NCBI GenBank assembly: GCA_001655205.1
Contig: LPNZ01009981.1
Coordinates: 1 to 37,566, forward strand
Origin: Lenisia limosa
Lineage: Eukaryota > Protista > Breviatea
Direction: 5' to 3'
DNA: 37,566 nt
Shown one piece after another: positions 25,201 to 34,364 of this stretch (position 1 is its first letter; each line of letters opens with the position of its first letter). The position numbers and the translations under genes were made by a program. Under the pieces are notes generated by a model, which was not told the DNA's origin, made no database searches, and saw only the letters and a program-made list of their open reading frames with translations.

Positions 25201-25271
25201 ATCTCATAAGATGAGAGAAGGAAGTTTTGAGCCGCCTCAATCATCGTAACAATCACACTAGGAGAATCCAT
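22267..25271 (-). CDS. SPTLC1: Serine palmitoyltransferase subunit 1 (LCB1/SPTLC1); about 13 exons
   Basis: N-terminal TM segment ([16 protein letters not shown]), then [69 protein letters not shown] and [19 protein letters not shown]. It lacks the PLP-binding Lys (GSLGQAFG where LCB2 has GTFTKSFG), which identifies LCB1. Stop TAA at 22267-22269. Confidence 0.95.
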
Positions 25272-25577
25272 TAACTTGGATTTTTGTCAAGTTGATAAGG
25301 CAAATTCTTAATTGTTGTATATAACACAAAATGCCTACAATACTTTAAAAAGACCCGAAAAAACGAAAAATCCTTGCAAAAAGAGAGGAAGTTGCGACGT
25401 CTGTACGCGGCCGTATTTGATGTCAAAAAAAAACAATTAAAATTGTTAGTGCTGTACTTTAGCTGAGTTGGTATACGTTGAGGATATTTTTTTGAGTTAT
25501 TGAAATCGGAAGTTCATAGTTATGTACCAGTAAGAATTTAGCGAAACCTAGCTGTTATATCCTTTTAAAACTTAATA
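25272..25577. promoter_or_regulatory. Putative bidirectional promoter, SPTLC1 / PP2A-B56 (306 bp)
   Basis: Spacer between divergent start codons. Confidence 0.6.
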
Positions 25578-28008
25578 ATGTTGTCTAAAAGGAAAGTTGA
25601 GAAGAAAAAAGAAGAAAAGAAAACTTCAAAGCCCAGCCGCAAAAAGGAGTCGTCCTCAAAGAAAGATTCTTCCCGCTCAGACAAAGAAAAACATGTACCA
25701 GCTGAATCATCGGTAAGTATAGACGTTTTAGTCATACGCTCTGAACTTTGCTGGCTTTTCGAAGGCCTTATCCCGGTGTAGGGATCCCCACGCTTTGATC
25801 GGAATGTTTCTGCCAGAATGACTGGACAGGAGCAAATTTTAGAAAAGTTACCCTCTTTCAGAGGTGAGTTTTTGGATTGTACTTCCACACTTTCGTCTCC
25901 TAGCCTCCTCTTATCATATTTAGATGTCCCAGCTTCAGATAGACAGAGCCTCTTCGTCAACAAACTCACCCAGTGCTGCACATTGTTTGACTTTGCTGGT
26001 ATGTGATGAGTCTGTAATAAGTCCCCTTACCCTCTCAGATGTAATGAATGATTTGAAAAGCAAGGAAATTAAAAGACAGACCCTCTTAGAGCTTGTTGAC
26101 TTCGTTATGTCATCTCGCAATGTCCTCACAGATTCGGTTTACCCAGCCCTTGTCAAAATGGTTTCCACCAACCTCTTCCGCACCCTCCCCCCCAGCGGTA
26201 ATCCCGCCGGTGTTGCTTTCGATCCCGAGGAAGATGAGCCTGTTCTTGAAGCTGCGTGGCCCCATCTTTCTATTGTTTATGAATTTCTTCTTCGAGTTGT
26301 GGAATCCCCCGACTTCAACCCGCACGTCTCTAAGAGGTTCTTCGATTGCACCTTCGTCACCCGTCTCCTTGCTCTCTTTGACAGCGAGGACCCCCGTGAA
26401 CGTGATTTCCTCAAAACAACCCTCCATCGCATCTATGGCAAGTTCCTTTCTCTCCGCGCCTTCATTAGGAAGAGCATTGCCCACATCTTCTTCGAGTACG
26501 TTTACGAGAGTGAGAAGCACAATGGAATCGCTGAGCTCCTCGAAATCCTTGGCAGCATTATTAACGGCTTTGCCCTTCCCCTTAAGGAGGAGCATAAGGT
26601 CTTTTTGTCCCGCGCTCTCATTCCCCTTCACAAAGGAAAGGGAATTGCCCTCTACCATCCCCAGGTTGGATTCTTCCTCCAATTATGTAACTTCCATGAC
26701 CTAAATACCTTTTTTGACAATTCAGCTTGCCTACTGCGTGGTCCAGTTTATTGAGAAGGACCCTGCATTGACCTATGAGGTGATGAACGGTCTGCTACGC
26801 TTCTGGCCCCAGGTTAACAGCCCAAAGGAAGTCATGTTCCTCAATGAGGTAAGAGGATCCTTCCCTCCTCTCCCTCACTTGTGCTATGTCCTTTCTCATT
26901 TTTTTTTTTTTGTTTTTTTTTTTTTTTTTNNNNNNNNNNNNNNNNNNNNNNNNNNNNNNNNNNNNNNNNNNNNNNNNNNNNNNNNNNNNNNNNNNNNNNN
27001 NNNNNNNNNNNNNNNNNNNNNNNNNNNNNNNNNNNNNNNNNNNNNNNNNNNNNNNNNNNNNNNNNNNNNNNNNNNNNNNNNNNNNNNNNNNNNNNNNNNN
27101 NNNNNNNNNNNNNNNNNNNNNNNNNNNNNNNNNNNNNNNNNNNNNNNNNNNNNNNNNNNNNNNNNNNNNNNNNNNNNNNNNNNNNNNNNNNNNNNNNNNN
27201 NNNNNNNNNNNNNNNNNNNNNNNNNNNNNNNNNNNNNNNNNNNNNNNNNNNNNNNNNNNNNNNNNNNNNNNNNNNNNNNNNNNNNNNNNNCTACTTATGG
27301 AACAATGAGTATGTTGTCACATTGATTGCCGAAAACGCTGAGGTTATTCTACCTATCGTGTTCTCCGCCTTGTATAAGAACAGCAAGACCCATTGGAACC
27401 GCTCGATCCACCCCCTCGTCATCAATGCCCTCAAGCTTTTCATGGAGGTTGTTCCCGAGCTCTTCGACCAGGTTGGAGGGGTCAAATACAATTTTTGGTG
27501 AAGGAAAACAGAAATCATCGGAAGGTCACCCAACCCAACGCTTTATATAGGCATTTTATAAACTATTCAGTGTACGACGAACTTCAGACGTGAGACTCTC
27601 CGCGACCGTAAGGAACTGGAAGACCGTATGAGACGCTGGAGTATTGCTGAGTCTGAGGCTTCTCGTATCGCTAACGCCAAGGGTCTTGGTGAGAGGATGT
27701 GCAATTCCTGAAATTCTACTTCCAGCTTATTAGTTCCTTTTCTTTTTTATCTTCTACCTTCCTCGACTCATGGACTAGTCTTCAAGAAATTGATGTTGAT
27801 GGGAATTGACTCGGACATGGTTACCACGCCAAAGACTGAAGCTGTCGATACTGAAGGTGCTGATGATGGCGGTGGATCAAGGCGCGAAGAAGGCTCCAAG
27901 AGACCAAAGAACTACAACCCAAAACTCAGGCGAAAGTCTCTCCTGCCCCAAGATACCAACACTGTCGAGGCGCTTGCCCGTCATCGTTCCCTCGAGGACA
28001 TTGTTTAG
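25578..28008 (+). CDS. PPP2R5: PP2A regulatory subunit B' (B56/PR61, PPP2R5 family)
   Basis: [98 protein letters not shown] and C-terminal RRKSLLPQD. The N-gap 26930-27290 must hide the coding segment just before YLWNNEY. Stop TAG at 28006-28008. Confidence 0.97.
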
Positions 28009-28226
28009 TTTGTAGTTTCTATTTTATTGTTACAGTTTTGTTTGGTTTTTTTAGTCTGTTTCGTGCAACTTGGGTATTGTTGATGTAGTGATCCACACTT
28101 TCACGTCACGGATAAGAACCTGCTTTATTTTCATTGAATAATACAGTACAAAACTTAGGAATAGGAATGGTATTAAACAAAATGAGCCAGATTGATGATG
28201 ATAATTATATTGCTGAGGAGATACAC

Positions 28227-28703
28227 CTATTTACGAGGCTGGTTCACGTTATGAGGCTTTGCTTGGGGTACATTCTTAGCTTCCTTCACGTGGATCGGAT
28301 CATGGTCATGGGTTGGTTTCTAAACAGTTAACATAGCATAATAAAATATAAAATAAAAAATAAAAAAACGCAGTTCCTTCGTCCTCTTACGATCGGTGTT
28401 GTGGTATGTTCGACTTCTGCGTTGTCGCCAGGGAGATTCGCCTTGCCGACATGATGTTCCTAAAATCAATGAGATGCCATTATTCATCTCACATTCACAA
28501 AGGGTTGCTGCGAGAGGGCTAAAAGAGAGAAAAGTTGAAGGAAAATCCCAAACCTTGTGTTTATGCGGGTGCTGAACGATTCTCATGCCTCCAGCCTTCA
28601 CTAAATTGAATAAATACTACAATCCCATTTTTGAAAAGAGAAAACCAAGAAGGGATATTTACCTACCGGCTTCAGGATGTCCGGCTAGTGTTTGAGGGGC
28701 CAT
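28227..28703 (-). CDS. DAP: Death-associated protein 1 (DAP/DAPL1 family) homolog, 81 aa, 4 exons (28703-28667, 28600-28554, 28459-28391, 28319-28227)
   Basis: Spliced product MAPQTLAGHPEAVKAGGMRIVQHPHKHKEHHVGKANLPGDNAEVEHTTTPIKPTHDHDPIHVKEAKNVPQAKPHNVNQPRK*. It carries both family hallmarks: N-terminal AGHPxAVKAGGMRIVQ (human AGHPPAVKAGGMRIVQ) and C-terminal QPRK (human IQQPRK). All three introns are GT-AG and phase-consistent. Confidence 0.92.
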
Positions 28704-29091
28704 TTTCTAAATGAATTAGGGCAAATATATGAAAATGCTGCCTCTGGGCCAACATACATTTTGTAAGTTGAATGAAGACTAGTGACAAGGGTGATTTGAT
28801 GTTCTGCAAGCTTTGTTTGTGACGTTGGTTTATTATATTGAATATTTTTTTGGTGAATGTGAAAAAATGAATTTTTTGTTTTTGTTTAGAGAAATATCGA
28901 GATTATATCGATAATTTTCTAGACTGGATGGATAATAGTATTAATTATATTTATTCTTCACTAAATTTTCAAAGAAGTTTTCACAACAATTCTTCGGTGA
29001 AGCAAGGTCATATTAGTACGTCTAACAGAAAATTGATACCAGCATTATAAAAATACAGACTATGTTCTAAAATACTGTTGATCCAAGGAAG
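28704..29091. promoter_or_regulatory. Putative bidirectional promoter, DAP / coiled-coil gene (388 bp)
   Basis: Spacer between divergent start codons; TATCGATA palindrome at 28906-28913, near the midpoint. Confidence 0.6.
28707..28757 (-). other. Putative 51-nt 5'-UTR intron of DAP
   Basis: gtatgt...ccctaattcatttag|aaa-ATG: a canonical donor, a branch-like CTAAT and an acceptor 3 nt before the ATG. Confidence 0.6.
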
Positions 29092-31399
29092 ATGTCGACG
29101 GATTCAGGGGCTGAACTGCCTCCAGAGTCTCATACTGAGAATGATGCAGCAGTAGAAGAAAGCCCATGTAGTATTGGCCCTGACTCACCAAAATCAGAAG
29201 ACGTTTGCCATAACGAAAGTCCTAATTTTGAAGACAATATGGAAGAAGAATCACCAGAAAGCCAGCAGGAAGTTGAGTCCCCAAGCGCGGCCCATTCTGA
29301 TAGTATTGTTACTATCCTCCAGACAGGCCAAGTACCCTCTGAAGATGAAGCTGCTATTTTGGAGTTCATGTAGGAGTCATGACTCGCAAAATCCTTATCC
29401 CTCCCAGATCACAGCTTGAGCAACACAGAGTTCAGTGCGAAGCAGATGGCAACTACATGGAGGCAATGCTGGCGAATAAGCGTTCAAAAGAGCTTACTAA
29501 ACAGTATGCTTTCCAGCAGTTATTTAAGATCGAACAGGAGATATTGCGTTTTTTTTTTTTTTTCGTTTTTTCATATTCTATAGCATGTCAAAACGGAAGG
29601 TTGAAACCGTGAAAGCCTCTCAATCGGCTGAACGGATGGCGGTTCATGAGTCGCAACTTCTGGAATTCCACCAATTTAATGCGTTGTAAGTGGGTGTTTC
29701 TTGACCCTTTCAAATAGTTTTGATGTTTTGTCGCAGCCCTGTTAAAGGAAGAAATGTGATGTAAGGAGAAGTGTATTAATAATTGCTCTTGGTGAGAGGT
29801 CTACATTAACTTCCTTAATATACCTTTTTTCACCAGTTTCATCGTTTGTTATGGCTCAGGTGGGATGCTAAACTTGAACAACATGAAGCAACATGGGCCC
29901 AGGCAGCTGAGGATCTGAAAGTGGGATTAAGGGAGTCAACTTGGCCCATATGTTTATCAATAGTAATAAACACCAATTGTTTAGTCCTACGTGGATTTAT
30001 AACAATCAATTCGTCAAAAATTGACCAGTAATAGGAGACACACTCACGAAGAATGGCGGAGTTTTATGATGCTATTGCCGCCGCAGAGTTCCGCCCACGT
30101 TTCAGCAAGGCGTTGTTAGAAATGAGGTAGGAGGAGGGCTTTTCTATGATTCAAAATGAGACATCAAATATCCATGTTATAGGCTGTTTCTCAAGGAAAA
30201 TTTGGAGTATTTGGTTGACCTATTGCTCTTCCCTTCTATGAAGATTCGATATCATTCATTTGTTAACAGTTTTAGAAATATTGAAAAATCACATGCAACC
30301 AAAAGGAAATACCGAGAAGCACAGAAAGTGAAAGCCAAAGCAGATGCATTGGTGAGAAACTGTTTTCTTGTCTTGGTTATTCTAATTGTAATTTATGAGA
30401 CTTGTTATTCGTACTTCAATAACCTTCAATTCATTTATTTTTTTCTTAACAGCTACATTTAGGAAGCAGTTGAAGTAGAGAAACAAGTTAAGGAGAGGCA
30501 GGAGTCTATCAAACGGCGCGAAAAACAAATCAAGGCACAACAGAAACTGGTGAGCCCGCTGACAGCTGTGTGTGAACCTACTTCAAATGATTAGCTTTTT
30601 ATCACAGTATGATAGCCTAGGGCAAATGTGGGAGAGAATGGTTCGTGATATTTATCATTACATTCGCTCTGTCGTTTTGATTCATTATTCAAGGAAGCGA
30701 GAGCTCTTGAAGAGAGAATCACACGCCAGCGCAATGAACGATTGAGAGAAAAGGAAAAGGCCAAGTACCAGCTGACAAGGAAATTCAAGAACATGAAAAA
30801 CGAGCTCAATACTCATCACTGTTTGCGTTTGTGCAATTTGAGTGTTCTTTAGTCAACATACTGCAAAGGAAATTTCCCATATTGGTACTATCGGGTTTTG
30901 TGGACACACTTTGCGAAAAGGAGGGATATTACACAGAGTGAATGAATACTGCTTTTATTGACAACCTTAGCTTCGGAAAATGCCCGTCAAGCCCGACTAC
31001 AAACACTCCAAACAAAACGCCAGAACACAACAACCCGCTCAAAACGCCTCACAAGCACCGCACCCCTCCCGTCCATTCCTTCAAAGAAACCCCCTCCAGG
31101 TATGCATACCTGCAGTCCTTTCGGACCCTGCTTTTTCATAATCTTTGTACCTCCCTGTGTAAATGTGATGGTCTGGATGGCTTTGGCCATTCCTTCAGTA
31201 AACTTTCTCATGAGAGTTTTTGTCAATATTACTTTAAAAAAAAAAAAAAAAATAGCTCCATTTCACAATTTATTGAGAATTCTCATATTTCGTCTTTTTT
31301 GACATCAAACTGAATATGAGGTGAAGATCTTTCCCTTCAATTCTTGCTCACAATTCAGCCACAGCTTGCTTGTCTCCTCGAGGTAGCCCCCCGCAGCAG
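29092..31399 (+). CDS. Uncharacterised coiled-coil protein with an acidic, Ser/Pro-rich N-terminus; 3' end unresolved
   Basis: Phase-consistent exons give MSTDSGAELPPES...EFISQLEQHRVQCEADGNYMEAMLANKRSKEL...EFHQFNALWDAKL...PRFSKALLEMRNIEKSHATKRKYREAQKVKAKADALEAVE...RERNERLREK-type helical sequence, then a Ser/Pro/Lys-rich tail. Exons beyond 31099 are uncertain. Confidence 0.65.
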
Positions 31400-31825
31400 G
31401 TAAGAACGAAAGAGGGAACATTTGTGGACAATAAGCATTGTATTCATCTAATTTGTTGTTGCTCATTGCGATATTTAAAAGATATTTCATTGAGTATGTG
31501 CCTACTGCTACGCTTTCGCAGTTTTACGCCCTACCCCCACCCCTTGTTATCACCATGTTCAGGGCCAAAGGCAAGCGACAGAGTTGTGGGTTGGAGATGA
31601 TTAGGTGAATTAGCTGTAGATTTATGTACCATTATTTTTTTATCTTTGGGGAGAGCAATTATTATACAGCAGTTTTATGTAGTTTGAAATGCATGCATTA
31701 GGATTGTAACATTCACAAAACAACAAAATTATGTCTATTTCAAAGCAAAAAAAAAGGTACAACAGTAAGTAGAAGTGTACCTCAGTGGCCTCAGCAAGCC
31801 CTTTCCAAAGCACAAGGTAAGTGAC

Positions 31826-34050
31826 TTAGTTGCTAAACCTTGCAAACAGATCTCTGACCAGTTTTTGTGCCACCATAGGCTCGAGACCCGCACACGCTTG
31901 GATGGCGTTATGAATGAGCGTCATCTTCTTTGAGGAATCTGCGAAAATAAATTGGCACTTGGGAGAACGGAAGGGGCAGGGGCAACAAGAAAATTCGTAT
32001 TCAGAAAATCCTGAAACAAACAAAATAGAAACACGCGGGTTGAAAGTGACAAAACAAACAAAGCCTGTGTGCACCGCCTCCCATCGACTTAGTTAATGAT
32101 GTTTTCCAAACAAAATTTTTAAACAATATCATATGATCAAATGATACTGAATATCATCTTCACATAGTTCCCTCAAAGATACATACACACCCCCCCCCTA
32201 ACCGGCTGTTACGTAGACCACGCCATTCGCGCCGACTACAACCTCGTATGGCGTATGCTCGGAAATGGTTTGAAGAACTATTGAGTCTTCATAAAGTAAC
32301 CTGGGAAATGAGTACACTTCTATACTCCCATTTTTAAGAAGGATCAATATGGCGTTTTGCCAGCGTATAATGAATAAGCAGGCATGCAAAGAGCTTATAA
32401 CAATCAGCAAATGACTACTTAAATATGGTTCAGGGAGTATAATGGCCTTTAATTGCGTCTACTTAAGATCGTTCTTTGAGTGTAAATGCCCAAACTGCAC
32501 ACTCTCTTGCGTATAGCAAATCGATTCGAGAAGTAGATCCCGAAGTGAGAGCACCATATCCGTCAGCTTTTCCTCTGGGGGGGGGGGGGNNNNNNNNNNN
32601 NNNNNNNNNNNNNNNNNNNNNNNNNNNNNNNNNNNNNNNNNNNNNNNNNNNNNNNNNNNNNNNNNNNNNNNNNNNNNNNNNNNNNNNNNNNNNNNNCATA
32701 ATAAATATGTGAAAAAAAACTACTACTCCCCGAATGGTATTTCTAAATCTCGAAATCATATTGCCTGACAACCAATTATACACATTCTGAACATTGCCAT
32801 ACCTCTTGGAAACGCAAGACAACTCAGGCTGAATTCCTGGACCAGCAGAGATTACTCGGGCATATGCGAGATCACCTGAAGAAGTAAAAAAAAGAACAAT
32901 TCAGACTTTCCTACTCCGATACTCGTAGGTATTTATCGAAAATATATCGAGAAATTCCGTCTTTTTTCGGGATTGAAGGGCTGAATCAGGTACACTGCCA
33001 AACTATGCTTGCTATTATCTGTATTGATAATGTTTACACTATTTTTTGCCATATGCCCTACCACCTCCATAAAAACCATGGCAAACAAACCTGGTTTTAA
33101 GAAAATTTGATTTCTTCTGGTCACACCCTCAAATGCAAGAATGCTCAAATCTGCAGTTAACGCGGATCCAATGTCAACCTAAAACCAATAATATATAGCA
33201 ATGAGAAATAAAAAAAATAAGGTAGTATCTGGCAAAAGCCGTCCACACCATCACGCTTATAACAATAATTATAGCTAATTATCGTAATCATGATATAATA
33301 ATAAAAAAATAAATAAAATAAATGTAAATGTTACACTGTCCCTGGGTTTCGGAAAAAATAAAATAAACTTAGGCTCACCCTATAACTTTCTCCAAAACGC
33401 TCCATAATCGTTCCTATAACCATGTCGTCTGCTGCAGGGACGTACTGGATGGTCAGTATTGAATATTCGACTATCTCTGAGATCCCAGTTGATATTGGAA
33501 AATGGCCATCCTGAGAGTTGGCCAATTCTTTCCGTGATGTAAAACTATTAAAAATGTGATAGTATAGGGGCGAGATAATGTGTCCTAAGACCGCCACAGT
33601 ACTCTTTTATGTTTTGAAAAACACACCACATTATCTTGATTAAACTTCTCCTATTAAGTTAAAGCACCAACCTTCTTCTGTCTGTTTGAGATGTACCATT
33701 TGTTAGGGATCTGGAAGAAGAGCTCTCCTGCCTTCGCAGCAATAATCTAAAGACTGTCAGAAGAAAAAAAACCGACAATCAACAGTTCAGAGTCTTTTAT
33801 GTATTTTTTTTAGCATTATCAGCATAATTAAATATGCTTTCTGGGAGAAAAGCAAGGGAGCGTTAACATAAAAATGGACAATGATCGATCATACCTTGCC
33901 ATGCTCTCTGACAGCAAGTCCGGGGCCAATTACGGATGTTGTCAGCACATCTCCAGTAAATTCTTTTTCTTCGACATCAGAAGGTACCGGAGTCTTCGTT
34001 ATATCAATGATATCGCCAGGACATACAAAACGAACGGCGTATTCTTCCAT
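31826..34050 (-). CDS. EXOSC3: Exosome complex component RRP40 (EXOSC3); 8 exons
   Basis: MEEYAVRFVCPGD..., YVPAADDMVIGTI, YRVDIGSALTADLSILAFEGVTRRN, GDLAYARV, ELSCV, GKADGYGAL and YEVVVGANGVVYV match the S1 and KH motifs of RRP40. Stop TAA at 31826-31828. Confidence 0.92.
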
Positions 34051-34364
34051 TTTCTCTAATATGACAATATATCTTCAATCTAGACTTAGTTTCAAGCACT
34101 TTAAAGAGGTATTTGCGGTTTGATTTGTCACTTATATATCGATCATCGATCTTTTCGTTTTCTTCTCGTGTGAACATCCCTTTTTCAGCTGTCATCCTGC
34201 ATTCTAACTATATTTTTATTTTGAGACGACATATCCTCGACACCAGCTTGGGTGAGGCATCCCTTCCACTACCTATTAGGTAAGCCTCTGGTTGGCTCTT
34301 TGGAATATGGGAATATGGGTTAATCTTTTTGTTTATATGTTGTTTATTTTGTTAGAAGAGTATA
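34051..34364. promoter_or_regulatory. Putative bidirectional promoter, RRP40 / SLC35B4 (314 bp)
   Basis: Spacer between divergent start codons; two ATCGAT copies at 34138-34150. Confidence 0.55.
34280..34355 (+). other. Putative 76-nt 5'-UTR intron of SLC35B4
   Basis: ag|gtaagc...T-rich tract...ttgttag|aagagtata-ATG. Confidence 0.6.

Noticed and set aside
25385-25515. GGAAGT/CGGAAGT ETS-like sites in the SPTLC1/B56 promoter
   Set aside because: Short motifs expected by chance, not shared with the other spacers, and no evidence of ETS factors in this organism.
25557-25566. ATATCCTTTT as a U12-type AT-AC donor
   Set aside because: It lies 21 nt upstream of a plausible ATG, with no matching TCCTTAAC branch or AC acceptor; no U12 intron is needed by any gene model.
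26093-26704. Long alternative-frame and antisense ORFs over B56, and similar ones over 6370-7600 and 8300-12700
   Set aside because: Shadow ORFs caused by C-ending codon bias and Cys/Gly/Pro repeats; no recognisable motifs.
31305-31490. Minus-strand ORF (...GGYLEETSKLWLNCEQELKGKIF) as an extra gene or RRP40 extension
   Set aside because: RRP40 already terminates at 31826; the ORF has no motif and overlaps a plausible plus-strand exon.
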